64,000 nt of DNA from an uncultured archaeon (GCA_964608675.1 CAZSOZ010000005.1:1-64000), one strand, 5' to 3'. Shown: positions 10,188-18,584, numbered from the stretch's first letter. The notes: generated by a model not told the origin, from the sequence alone. Made by a program: numbers and translations.

Positions 10188-10472
10188 TTATTTCCTCTTG
10201 TAAATGTTGTCGTGGTGGTCAAACTTGTCAAACAATATGTGTTTTTCTTCTTTTATGACTTTGAAAAGCAGGACAAAACTTTTTGCGATATGAACTCTTT
10301 TGTATTCTTTTAGCTCATTTCTCAGGTTTTTGTAGTGTTTTATTGTTGTTTTATCTGAATTAATTATTTGCTTGATTTTTTTGTTTAGTATTTCAACAGT
10401 TTTTTTGTCTCTTTTTGCAACAACTTTTATTGTCGCTTTAACTTCATCTGACAGGTCAAAAGAAAAAGACAT
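10188..10472 (-). CDS. RelE/YafQ-superfamily toxin
   Basis: YKNLRN.LKEYKRVHI..SFVLLF...FDHHDNIY; directly downstream of the antitoxin. Confidence 0.78.
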   Translation of the reverse strand: MSFSFDLSDEVKATIKVVAKRDKKTVEILNKKIKQIINSDKTTIKHYKNLRNELKEYKRVHIAKSFVLLFKVIKEEKHILFDKFDHHDNIYKRK

Positions 10473-10733
10473 TTATTCTCCTCTGCATATTTTGTCCAGT
10501 TCTTTTATGCTCATTTTCCTGAAGCCATATTTTTTTATGTGTCTGTTGCAGGATTCAATTACTTCTTTTATAACCTCTTCCTTAACTTCAGGTTCAACAA
10601 ACTCTTCGCCATACATTTCAGCGAATTTATCCATGGCGTCTCCTTTGTCTTTTAAGCCGTATTTTTCTTTTACTACGCCTAAAACTCTGTTGGTATAGTC
10701 TTTTACTTTAAGGTTTACAGTAACTTCTCCCAT
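10473..10733 (-). CDS. antitoxin (DUF2683-like)
   Basis: NRVLGVVKEKYGLKDK..A...EPEVKEE pattern; adjacent to the toxin. Confidence 0.7.
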   Translation of the reverse strand: MGEVTVNLKVKDYTNRVLGVVKEKYGLKDKGDAMDKFAEMYGEEFVEPEVKEEVIKEVIESCNRHIKKYGFRKMSIKELDKICRGE

Positions 10734-10798
10734 ATAATTTCACCTAATATAAAATTAGTTCAACTAATTTATAAATGTTTCTTTTAATCCGCTCGGCG

Positions 10799-10853
10799 TG
10801 CAGTCCAGCTTTATGCTGGACGTTTTGGCAACTTGCCTTTTTTTAAAAGGCAG
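10799..10853. repeat. double-hairpin repeat module (GTCCAGC-TTTAT-GCTGGAC plus GCCTTTT..AAAAGGC)
   Basis: Degenerate copy at 43503-43559; first hairpin inverted at 49566-49588. Confidence 0.7.
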
Positions 10854-10897
10854 ATTCCCACCTCCCAGCCTTGCTCTACGGGTGCAATTCCCGCCGG
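10854..10897. repeat. 44-bp inter-cassette repeat (tRNA-Tyr 3' end plus T-arm-like hairpin)
   Basis: 39/44 identical to 11460-11503. Confidence 0.85.
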
Positions 10898-10901
10898 ATT
10901 T

Positions 10902-11030
10902 TTATAATTCTGCTAATTGTGCATAAAAGTCTTTGTATTTTTTTAGGTCTGCTTTGACTATGCCTTTGATGTCTTTCCATTCTGCCATTGTTATTGGCTC
11001 TCTTTTCCCTTTAATTTTTATTGTTTTCAT
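10902..11030 (-). CDS. 42-aa putative Doc antitoxin (missing from the ORF track)
   Basis: MKTIKIKGKREPITMAEWKDIKGIVKADLKKYKDFYAQLAEL*, starts 5 nt after the doc stop. Confidence 0.6.
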   Translation of the reverse strand: MKTIKIKGKREPITMAEWKDIKGIVKADLKKYKDFYAQLAEL

Positions 11031-11035
11031 TTTTT

Positions 11036-11398
11036 TCAGTCCTTTCTTGTGTGGTTTGCAATCCATGTAACTATTTCATTTAATTGTGTTTTTGGTTTAA
11101 CTGACCATATCACTACATTAAATCTTGATGTTTCGCCAACCTTTAATTCTTTTCCGTTCAGTTTCAAAAAAGCAGTCATTGCCTGGAATGCTGTTCTTTT
11201 GTTTCCGTCTGCGAAAGCGTGCCTTCTTGCAATATCCATTAATAAAGTGGCTGCTTTTCTGTCTATTCCCCTTGTGTTTGCCACTTTGTAAACAATATGG
11301 TCTATTTCTCCTTCGCTTCTAATTATTCCTTTGTCAAATTGTTTGTTTATTTCAATTATTGCTTCTTTTGAAAGTGTTTTTGCATAAATCCTTGCCAT
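11036..11398 (-). CDS. Fic/Doc family toxin
   Basis: HAFADGNKRTA Doc motif. Confidence 0.88.
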   Translation of the reverse strand: MARIYAKTLSKEAIIEINKQFDKGIIRSEGEIDHIVYKVANTRGIDRKAATLLMDIARRHAFADGNKRTAFQAMTAFLKLNGKELKVGETSRFNVVIWSVKPKTQLNEIVTWIANHTRKD

Positions 11399-11453
11399 GC
11401 ATTAATTCTGTAAATTACAGAATTTAAACATATTGTTTTCTGCTTGCTAAAAT

Positions 11454-11503
11454 AGAAAAATTCCCGCCTCCCAACTCTGTTCTACGGGTGCAATTCCCGC
11501 CGG
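11454..11503. repeat. inter-cassette repeat containing the tRNA-Tyr 3' end
   Basis: AGAAAAATTCCCGCCTCCC is 18/19 to 12667-12685; the rest matches 10854-10897. Confidence 0.85.
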
Positions 11504-11527
11504 TTTATGTTGCAAGTTCCTTGTTTT

Positions 11528-11917
11528 TTATAATTCGTATAGTTCTTTTATTTTTTGTTTTACTTCTTTTAATTTTTGGCTGGAAATTTTTCCAGCTTTT
11601 TCTGTAATTACGCTTTTTTCTATTGTTGTGGGAAAATCAGTTAAGATTTTACTGTCAACTCTAAGTTCGCCTTTTACCAAATCTTTATTGGTTAATTTTA
11701 AGTCATATTTTTCCTTTGGTTCTGTGGAAGAAATGCTTAATACAATCAAGTCTTCAGATTTTCTATTATAATTTGAGTTGCTTATTACAAGAACAGGTCT
11801 TCTTTTGAATCCAACTTGTTGAGAATAAAGAATGTTTGCGATTATTATATTTCCTTGTTCAAAATTTGAATAACTTTTCTGCATCCTCTCCCTCTTCAGC
11901 AAGTCTCCTGTAGGCAT
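11528..11917 (-). CDS. MazF/PemK toxin (true start probably the downstream MQKSY)
   Basis: QGNIIIA...[13 protein letters not shown]....DLIVLSISS. Confidence 0.85.
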   Translation of the reverse strand: MPTGDLLKRERMQKSYSNFEQGNIIIANILYSQQVGFKRRPVLVISNSNYNRKSEDLIVLSISSTEPKEKYDLKLTNKDLVKGELRVDSKILTDFPTTIEKSVITEKAGKISSQKLKEVKQKIKELYEL

Positions 11918-12065
11918 AAACTCTCAAGCGATCTTTCTCAATTGCTTCAAGAAGCTTAGCTTTTTCTTCTATTGCTTTTCTTGCTACTTCAGTCCACTTA
12001 ATTTCAGAATGCTTTTTCATTATGTCGTGAAGTTCTTTTGGAATTGCCATAGTCATATTAACCAT
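11859..12065 (-). CDS. ribbon-helix-helix antitoxin
   Basis: [30 protein letters not shown]; overlaps the toxin start. Confidence 0.75.
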   Translation of the reverse strand: MVNMTMAIPKELHDIMKKHSEIKWTEVARKAIEEKAKLLEAIEKDRLRVYAYRRLAEEGEDAEKLFKF

Positions 12066-12150
12066 TCAATCACCTTAAATAAGTAAGATAAGTAAACTTA
12101 TTAAATTTATGTTTTGTTGTTTGTGGTTGGAGGTTTGGAGTTCATAAGAG

Positions 12151-12387
12151 TCACAGATATTCTTCAAATTCTTTTCTGCTGATTTTTAGTTCGTGCTTTA
12201 TTATTTTGTTTAGCAGTCCTTTTGGAATTTCTTTTCCTTTGTGGAAGGGAATTGTTAATACTCTTCCGTCTGGATTATAGAATGATTTGTGTGAGCTTTT
12301 TTGTCTTTTTTCTTCAAAACCCATTTTTTGTATTATTTTAATTAGTTTTTCTGGTTTTATGGGTTTGAGTTTAGGCATAAACAGCAA
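12151..12387 (-). CDS. hicA: HicA toxin
   Basis: GF...RQKSSH......G..LTIPFH..KEIPKGLL..I. Confidence 0.85.
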   Translation of the reverse strand: MLFMPKLKPIKPEKLIKIIQKMGFEEKRQKSSHKSFYNPDGRVLTIPFHKGKEIPKGLLNKIIKHELKISRKEFEEYL

Positions 12388-12604
12388 CTTTTTTTATTGC
12401 AATGAATTTTGGTTCTTCTTCTTTTTTGACTTCTTTTAGTGTTTCCAAATGCAATTCAATTGCTTCTTTAATGTTTTTCATTAGTTCTTTTTCTGTTTTT
12501 CCTTGTGAATAGCATCCATGCAGTTCTGGAACTGAACCAATAAACCAGCCGTCTTCATCTTTTTCTACTAATACATCAAATTCTTTTGCTTTCAACTCTT
12601 TCAC
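12371..12604 (-). CDS. hicB: HicB antitoxin (short form)
   Basis: EKDEDGWFIGSVPELHGCYSQG.T..E...NIKEAIELHL. Confidence 0.85.
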   Translation of the reverse strand: MKELKAKEFDVLVEKDEDGWFIGSVPELHGCYSQGKTEKELMKNIKEAIELHLETLKEVKKEEEPKFIAIKKVAVYA

Positions 12605-12674
12605 CTAATAACATATTAGTTCAATCTGAATAAAAAGATTTGTCTGGTTATCGGTCCTTTTTTTGGAGAAAAAG

Positions 12675-12845
12675 TCCCGCCTCCCGGATTTGCACCGGGG
12701 ACCTCTCGGTGTCCGCTTACCTGCTTCTGTGCGGGTGGAACGGCGCAGTACTTCGCTTTGCTCAGTACAGCTGTCACTCCTAACACCTTTTTCAGTGTTT
12801 GCAAAAAATCTACAGCCGAGCGCACTACTACTATGCAAAGGCGGG
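12675..12845 (-). tRNA. tRNA-Tyr(GTA) with 99-nt intron (12711-12809) at position 37/38
   Basis: CCCGCCT/AGGCGGG acceptor, CTCGG-CT-GTA-G|A-CCGAG anticodon arm, BHB (CTGT/GCGG, bulges AGA and ACA). Confidence 0.9.
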
Positions 12846-12893
12846 TTCCTGTGATTAAGAAAAATTTGTTTAATTAAAGTTAAAAGCTTATTA

Positions 12894-13778
12894 TTAAACT
12901 TGTTTTGAAGGATTTAAAGCTTTTTCGTATAAAACCGGCACAATAACTGAAACCCATAATCCTAAAAACATCATTAAAATAAATTGAATTGGGTCAGGCA
13001 AACTGTATGGCCTTAAAATTATTGGAAAAGTAATTAATCCCATTCCCATGAATCCAATCACTGTTTTTGTCAGAACATCTCTTCTTGAAATTCTTTTCTG
13101 TTGGAAGTCAATTTCTCTCATAAAAAAGAAGCCTCCATAATAACCAAAAAATAATCCTAAATAAACTAATTGAGGGGTTAAAATAAACAAAACAATTGCT
13201 CCTATAACCATTAAGGCAACTAAAATTTCATCCTGTATTCTGCTTAATTTTAAACTGTAATTATCAAATTTTTGTATGAATTGTTTGCTTGTTAACCCAA
13301 TTAATGTTCCTAAAACCACTCCTACTATTACATCTGAAGGAAAATGTGCTCCTAAGTAAACTCTTGAGTATGCCACTAAAATTGTTGCTATTCCCAAACC
13401 AAAAACAATTAGTTTATTTTTGTGGTTTAAAAAATAACCAAAAATTGCTGCAATAGTTGTAGAGTGCCCTGAAGGAAAACTAAAGCCTCCAAATCGTTCA
13501 TAAACTAAAACTCTGAATCCTTGTTTAACTGAAGGCCTTGGTTTATGAAAAAACTCTTTTGCTGCTCCAACAATTAAAACAGAAAAAACGATTAAATTCA
13601 TTAAATGAAATGATTCTTTTTCTTTTCCTTTCCAGTAAAAAAATCCCACTAAAAAAAACCATAAAAGAGGGCTTCCTAATTCAGTTAATCCTCTTACTAA
13701 ATAATCCATGTAATATACTGGAATAGGGTAAAAATTTTGTACTGCTTGCAGTATTGTTGTGTCAGAAAATTCCAGCAT
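12894..13778 (-). CDS. PAP2-family membrane phosphatase
   Basis: K....PRP, FSFPSGH, SRVYLGAHFPSDV. Confidence 0.88.
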   Translation of the reverse strand: MLEFSDTTILQAVQNFYPIPVYYMDYLVRGLTELGSPLLWFFLVGFFYWKGKEKESFHLMNLIVFSVLIVGAAKEFFHKPRPSVKQGFRVLVYERFGGFSFPSGHSTTIAAIFGYFLNHKNKLIVFGLGIATILVAYSRVYLGAHFPSDVIVGVVLGTLIGLTSKQFIQKFDNYSLKLSRIQDEILVALMVIGAIVLFILTPQLVYLGLFFGYYGGFFFMREIDFQQKRISRRDVLTKTVIGFMGMGLITFPIILRPYSLPDPIQFILMMFLGLWVSVIVPVLYEKALNPSKQV

Positions 13779-13781
13779 AAA

Positions 13782-14219
13782 TTAAACCTTTGTTTTTTTT
13801 GTTTTTTTCATTCCTGGAATTTCTATTTCAGAGTAATCAACTCTTATTTTGTTTTCTCTTAAAGCTTTTCTTGAAGCATAAACTTTCAGAAATTCAGCCA
13901 TTTCTTTTTTTTCTTTTTTTTGCCATTCAGGTTTTTCTACTAATTCATTTACAACTGAACTGATTTTTCTTCCGTTTACTGCTTGAATTATTTCTCCTGG
14001 ATTTTTTCCTGTTTCATTCATTATTTCTTCTAATACAGAATTAAGTTTATTTATTTCAACTATTTTTTCCAGATTTTCTTCTATTTTTCTGTCTATTCCT
14101 GTTCCTAATGAAGCCAGAAATTCCATTACACTTTTTGGATCAGTTTTTTCTGTTACCTTTAATTTTTTTACTGCAATCCATCCTTTCATGTTTGCTATAA
14201 ACTGAATTACTTCTTCCAT
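13782..14219 (-). CDS. conserved archaeal protein (DUF2666-like)
   Basis: IQFIA..KGW.AVKKL.V....P..V.EFLAS pattern. Confidence 0.55.
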   Translation of the reverse strand: MEEVIQFIANMKGWIAVKKLKVTEKTDPKSVMEFLASLGTGIDRKIEENLEKIVEINKLNSVLEEIMNETGKNPGEIIQAVNGRKISSVVNELVEKPEWQKKEKKEMAEFLKVYASRKALRENKIRVDYSEIEIPGMKKTKKTKV

Positions 14220-14305
14220 TCAATCACCTGACAAAAATAAGTTTGTTTTAATATAAATAGTTTTTCTTTAAAAATTGAAGAAAAAAAATTTAAAAAGAAA
14301 AAGTA

Positions 14306-14330
14306 AAAGCACGCTTTAAAGCGTGTTTTT
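14306..14330 (-). terminator. hairpin plus U-rich tract downstream of the micro-ORF
   Basis: GCACGCTTTAAAGCGTGT palindrome followed by T-runs on the minus strand. Confidence 0.4.
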
Positions 14331-14342
14331 AAGGAGAGTTAT

Positions 14343-14366
14343 TTAATGACAGTCTATTCCTGCCAT
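14343..14366 (-). CDS. putative 7-aa micro-ORF MAGIDCH
   Basis: ATG GCA GGA ATA GAC TGT CAT TAA, with TATA box ~26 nt upstream and an operator-like palindrome. Confidence 0.35.
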   Translation of the reverse strand: MAGIDCH

Positions 14367-14373
14367 AAAATTA

Positions 14374-14387
14374 TTAGGGGTGCCTAA
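14374..14387. promoter_or_regulatory. DtxR/MntR-like operator TTAGG-N4-CCTAA
   Basis: TTAGGGGTGCCTAA; related sites upstream of feoA and zupT. Confidence 0.55.
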
Positions 14388-14407
14388 GTTTAAATAGTTT
14401 TTGTTTT

Positions 14408-15379
14408 TTATTCATTTTTTATTTGAAACGGCCCTTTATTTTCAGAGTATTCTCTGTAAATCTGTGATATTTCGTATAAATGGAATTTGGCTTTGAATTT
14501 TTTTTTGAATTTTTCCATTACTTTTCTTAAGTATTCGTTGCTTCTTAAATTTAATTCTATAGTTAAATCGTATTGTCCTATAATTTTTCTTGCAGAACTT
14601 GCTTTGTTTGTGTTGTCAAAAAATCCCAGCATTGAATTGATTTCTTTTGGGTCTGTTATCATAAGGCTTATTTCGTATGAATTTAATCCCATTTTATTGT
14701 AGTTTTGCAGAATAGTGTATGCAAAAATTACTCCTTTTTTTTCCAGTTTTTTTATTTTATATGCAACTGTTTTTGGGTTTGCATTAAGTTTTTTTGCTAT
14801 TTCTGTAAACTTTATTTTGCTATTTATTGAAAGAAAATTAATTATTTTTTTGTCAAGTTTGTCTAATTTTATTTCATTTTTTGTTGACTGGACAAAGCTT
14901 TCTCTTGTTTTTTCCTGTTTTTTAAAGAATCTTTTGTTCATTTGATAGGTTTCGATTATTAAGTCTATTTGTTTTTCATGTATTGATTCTCCAAATTTTT
15001 CTTTGAACTCATCAAAAAATTGATCTAACTCTTTTGAATTTTTCACTAAAATAACAAAATCTAAATCGTAATTACTTCCTTCAGTAAGCCTTACATTTAA
15101 ACAAAGTTTGCTGTTTCGAAGATAATTTATTATTTCTTTTTCTTTTACAGGAAAAAGATAATCAAGTTTTAGATAAATTAAATAATATTTGTAGCCTAAT
15201 TTACTCATGTCAAAAACAGTGTTAAATCTTCTGATAAATCCATTTTCTTCCAATTTTTTTATTCTATAATTGACGGTTTCTTTTGATGACCCGACTTTTT
15301 TTGCAATTCTTTTTGAAGGAGTCCTTGAATTTATGCTTAGTTCATTTATTATTTTTTTATCCAGTAAATCAAGTTTCAT
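14408..15379 (-). CDS. tandem-duplicated Lrp/AsnC transcriptional regulator
   Basis: Two LD.LDKKII..LSINS...IAKK...V.Y.IKKLE..G HTH units. Confidence 0.85.
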   Translation of the reverse strand: MKLDLLDKKIINELSINSRTPSKRIAKKVGSSKETVNYRIKKLEENGFIRRFNTVFDMSKLGYKYYLIYLKLDYLFPVKEKEIINYLRNSKLCLNVRLTEGSNYDLDFVILVKNSKELDQFFDEFKEKFGESIHEKQIDLIIETYQMNKRFFKKQEKTRESFVQSTKNEIKLDKLDKKIINFLSINSKIKFTEIAKKLNANPKTVAYKIKKLEKKGVIFAYTILQNYNKMGLNSYEISLMITDPKEINSMLGFFDNTNKASSARKIIGQYDLTIELNLRSNEYLRKVMEKFKKKFKAKFHLYEISQIYREYSENKGPFQIKNE

Positions 15380-15535
15380 TTCTTTTCATATTTATTTTTA
15401 TGCAACCTAATTTTAAATCTTTTTAATCAAAAAAACAAAAAATTCGGTTTAATTTTCCTTTTTTTTTAAAAAAAATCAAAAACCTTTATTAGATTTCAAA
15501 GCCGTTTTTTTATTAAATGAAAAAGGAGGGATTTT

Positions 15536-16003
15536 ATGACTGAAATTGTTTATAGAAATAAAACAAAAGAAGAAACAATTGAAGCAGATAACATTAAAGG
15601 ACAAAAAGTTTTGGATGTAAAAGGAAACGAAATAGGAAAAATTAAGTCACTTCATGTTGATCCTGTTTCACTTTCAGTGGAAGCAATCACTATTGATAAC
15701 GGTTTATTTAAAGGCAGTGATTATGTAGGAAAAAATTATATTTTTTCTTTGACTGACAAAGCAGCAGTATTAAGCGTTACACCTATTACACAGTTAATTG
15801 GTTTAACAGTTTATGATTCTGAAGGAAAAGAATTAGGCAGAGTAAAAGAAGTTTACAGAGTTCATAAAACAAACAGTATTTTGTCTTTGATTGTGGACAG
15901 AGGAATTATGAAATCTGATTTAATTGTCTATGATGATGAAATAAAAGAACTTGGAAAAAACATAATTTTGAATGAGTCTTTTAAAGAACCTAAGGAGGAA
16001 TGA
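15536..16003 (+). CDS. double PRC-barrel protein
   Basis: G.KV.D..G.EIGKI motif twice; SD GGAGG. Confidence 0.78.
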   Translation: MTEIVYRNKTKEETIEADNIKGQKVLDVKGNEIGKIKSLHVDPVSLSVEAITIDNGLFKGSDYVGKNYIFSLTDKAAVLSVTPITQLIGLTVYDSEGKELGRVKEVYRVHKTNSILSLIVDRGIMKSDLIVYDDEIKELGKNIILNESFKEPKEE

Positions 16004-16004
16004 T

Positions 16005-16613
16005 ATGCAAAAATATGTTTTGCCTGAACTTTCATTTAATTTTTCTGACTTAAAGCCTTATATTTCTGACAAACAACTTGAACTGCATTACGAAAAACAC
16101 CATAAAAGTTATGTGGATAAAGCTAATGCAATTCTTGAAAAAATAGAGAACGCAAGAAAAGGAGGGCTTGAATTCGATGTCAAGTCAACTTTAAAGTCTT
16201 TGTCTTATAACATTGGCGGGCATGTGCTTCATTCCTTATTTTGGGAAAACCTTGGTTCTGAAGAAAAAACTTTAGATAAACCAAATAATTCTTTAAAAGA
16301 AGTGATTGACAGGGAATTCAGCAGTTTTGAAAGATTCAAAAAAGAGTTTTCTGAAACTGCTTTAAGTATTGAGGGTTCAGGCTGGGCTGTTTTAGCTTAC
16401 TGTAAAAAAACTAACAGGCCTTTGCTGATGCAGATAGAAAAACATAATCAAAACATTTATCCGGGCTTTAACCTTTTGCTTGTTTTGGATATGTGGGAGC
16501 ATGCATATTATCTTGACTACCAAAACCAGAAAAAAAAGTTTGTGGATTCTTTTTGGAAAATTGTGGACTGGGAAGAAGTCAGCGACAGGCTTGAGGAAAC
16601 AATAGAGGAATAA
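16005..16613 (+). CDS. sod: Fe/Mn superoxide dismutase (start likely ATG 16005)
   Basis: LHY.KHH..YV, GHVLHSLFW, GSGW, DMWEHAYYLDY. Confidence 0.92.
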   Translation: MQKYVLPELSFNFSDLKPYISDKQLELHYEKHHKSYVDKANAILEKIENARKGGLEFDVKSTLKSLSYNIGGHVLHSLFWENLGSEEKTLDKPNNSLKEVIDREFSSFERFKKEFSETALSIEGSGWAVLAYCKKTNRPLLMQIEKHNQNIYPGFNLLLVLDMWEHAYYLDYQNQKKKFVDSFWKIVDWEEVSDRLEETIEE

Positions 16614-16626
16614 AGGAGGTAATATA

Positions 16627-17097
16627 ATGGATTTAAAAATTTCAGATAAATTTGAGGAAGCAAAACAAAGAATGAATGAAATTTTTGACGATATTTTAAG
16701 CGAAAGAAAAACAAATTTTCAGACAAGGCTTCCTGCATGGAAGCAAAATAAATCAATAAAGGAAGATTTTGTTTCTCCTTTGGCTGATTTCTGGGAAACA
16801 GACAAAGAATTTAAAGCAGAAATTGATTTGCCGGGAATAAACAAAGAAGACCTTGAAATAAACGTTTATGGAAACAATCTTGAAATAAAAGCAGAAAAAA
16901 GCCATGAAGAAAAAAAAGAAGAAAACGGAAGCTTCAGACAGGAAAGATATTACAGCGGTTTTTACAGGCAGATTCCTTTGCCTGAAAAATCTGATCCTGA
17001 TTCTGTTAAGGCAGAATACGAAAACGGAGTATTAAAAATTTCTGTTCCCAAAACAGAGGAATTAAATTCAGATAAAAAGAGAATTGAATTAAAGTAA
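16627..17097 (+). CDS. small heat shock protein Hsp20
   Basis: DLPG..KED, ER.Y..F.R.I.LP, AEYENGVL.I.VPK. Confidence 0.92.
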   Translation: MDLKISDKFEEAKQRMNEIFDDILSERKTNFQTRLPAWKQNKSIKEDFVSPLADFWETDKEFKAEIDLPGINKEDLEINVYGNNLEIKAEKSHEEKKEENGSFRQERYYSGFYRQIPLPEKSDPDSVKAEYENGVLKISVPKTEELNSDKKRIELK

Positions 17098-17146
17098 AAA
17101 TATTTTTTTTACTTTTTTTCAATTAAAAAAAAAGGAGGCGGTTTTT

Positions 17147-17359
17147 TTGATGAAAAACCATTTATATAATTTGATGATTCAACTGGTTACTGAACACAAA
17201 AGCCTGTGGAGAATAAAAAACATGTATAAAAAGGATGCAGAAAACTGTTCTCAGTGTATTGAATTCTGGAAGAAAACAGAAACAGAAAAAGAACGACAAA
17301 TAAGTGAATTCGAAGAAATAATAAAGGATCATTATATTATTGCAAAGGAAGGGGAATAA
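17147..17359 (+). CDS. small hypothetical protein in the stress operon
   Basis: ORF with SD GGAGG; NHLYNLM.QL..EHKSLWRIK..Y..DA..C..C. Confidence 0.6.
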   Translation: MMKNHLYNLMIQLVTEHKSLWRIKNMYKKDAENCSQCIEFWKKTETEKERQISEFEEIIKDHYIIAKEGE

Positions 17360-17878
17360 ATGAAAAAAATTGCAGTAATTTTAGAGAACTGGTTTGAAGA
17401 CATAGAATTCACTGCTCCTGTTGATGCCTTTAAAGAAAAAGGGCATCAAATAATAGTTATTGGACTGCAGGCAGGAAAAACACTTAAAGGAAAAAAACAG
17501 GGAATTGAAGTGCAAACCAATAAATCTTTTGATGAAGTTTTGGTTTCTGATTTTGATGCCCTGCTGATTCCTGGAGGGTATTCTCCTGATAAATTAAGGG
17601 CTGATTCAAAAGCAGTTGAATTCACTAAAAATTTTACTGAAAGCGGAAAACCGGTTTTTTCTATCTGCCACGGCCCCCAGCTTTTGATTTCAGCTGATGT
17701 CTTGAAAGGAAAAAAAATTGCCGGCTGGAAATCAATTATTCAGGACATAAAGAATGCTGGAGCAGAATTGGTTGACGAAAAAGTTGTTGTTGATGGAAAC
17801 ATTGTTTCAAGCAGGAACCCTGATGACCTTCCTGCTTTTATTCAGGCTTCACTTCAAAAACTTGAAAAGGAGGTTTAA
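17360..17878 (+). CDS. pfpI: PfpI/DJ-1 family protease/deglycase
   Basis: FED.E, IPGGYSPD.LR, ICHGPQLL, VVDGN.VSSR.PDDLPAF. Confidence 0.9.
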   Translation: MKKIAVILENWFEDIEFTAPVDAFKEKGHQIIVIGLQAGKTLKGKKQGIEVQTNKSFDEVLVSDFDALLIPGGYSPDKLRADSKAVEFTKNFTESGKPVFSICHGPQLLISADVLKGKKIAGWKSIIQDIKNAGAELVDEKVVVDGNIVSSRNPDDLPAFIQASLQKLEKEV

Positions 17879-17881
17879 TTT

Positions 17882-18349
17882 ATAGCTGACGTTGGAATAA
17901 GAAACTTAAATAAATCTGTTCAAAAAACAAAAGAATGGTTTAAAGACATACAAAATTTAGTTGAAATAAAAGATGAAAATCTTGTATATTCTATTGCAGG
18001 AAGTGTTCTTCAAACTTTAAGGGACAGATTAACTGTTGAGGAAGCAATTCATTTAGGAAACCAATTGTCTTTGGTTATGAAAGGAATTTATTATGAAAAT
18101 TATGTTCCTTCAAATAAACCAAAAAAATTAAAGAAAAATGAATTTCTTGCAGAAGTAAATAAAAAAATAAATAATCCTTCTTTGATTGACTCTGAATCAG
18201 CTTCAATTGCAGTTTTTTCAATGCTGAAAAAAAGGGTTTCTGAAGGAGAAATGAAGGACGTTAAAGCAACTCTTCCTAAAGACCTGCAGAATTTTTTCAA
18301 AAAAGGAGGCAAAAAAAATGAAGATAATGGATTTAGACAGAGTGCCTGA
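17882..18349 (+). CDS. DUF2267 family protein, apparent ATA start
   Basis: The frame of 18065..18349 extends 61 codons upstream (..KTKEWF...VLQTLRDRLTVEEAIHLGNQL..) to an ATA 7 nt after GGAGGT. Confidence 0.7.
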   Translation: MADVGIRNLNKSVQKTKEWFKDIQNLVEIKDENLVYSIAGSVLQTLRDRLTVEEAIHLGNQLSLVMKGIYYENYVPSNKPKKLKKNEFLAEVNKKINNPSLIDSESASIAVFSMLKKRVSEGEMKDVKATLPKDLQNFFKKGGKKNEDNGFRQSA

Positions 18350-18584
18350 TGGAGGCCAGCCTTTTAAAACAATTAAACAACTTCCTGAAATAGTGAAAAA
18401 AAAGCTTCCTTCGGAAGCACAAAAACATTGGATGAGAGAATTTAATGAAGCTTGGGAAAGATATCCTGCTCCTGGAAAAAGAAAAACCGGTTTATCAAGA
18501 AAAAATCGTGCTTGGAAAGCAGCATGGTCTCAGTTAAGAAAAAAATACAAAAAAATTAATTCAGGAAACTGGATTAAAAAATAA
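18318..18584 (+). CDS. ChaB family protein
   Basis: LP..VK..LP..AQ..W...FN.AW..Y...A...AW.....KY.K...G.W.KK. Confidence 0.78.
   Translation: MKIMDLDRVPDGGQPFKTIKQLPEIVKKKLPSEAQKHWMREFNEAWERYPAPGKRKTGLSRKNRAWKAAWSQLRKKYKKINSGNWIKK

Noticed and set aside
10094-12694. CRISPR array interpretation of the repeats
   Set aside because: Spacing is 0.6-1.2 kb with genes in between; no cas genes.
12605-12854. ORFs 12605..12838, 12616..12825 and 12663..12854
   Set aside because: They overlap the intron-containing tRNA-Tyr; open frames caused by high GC.
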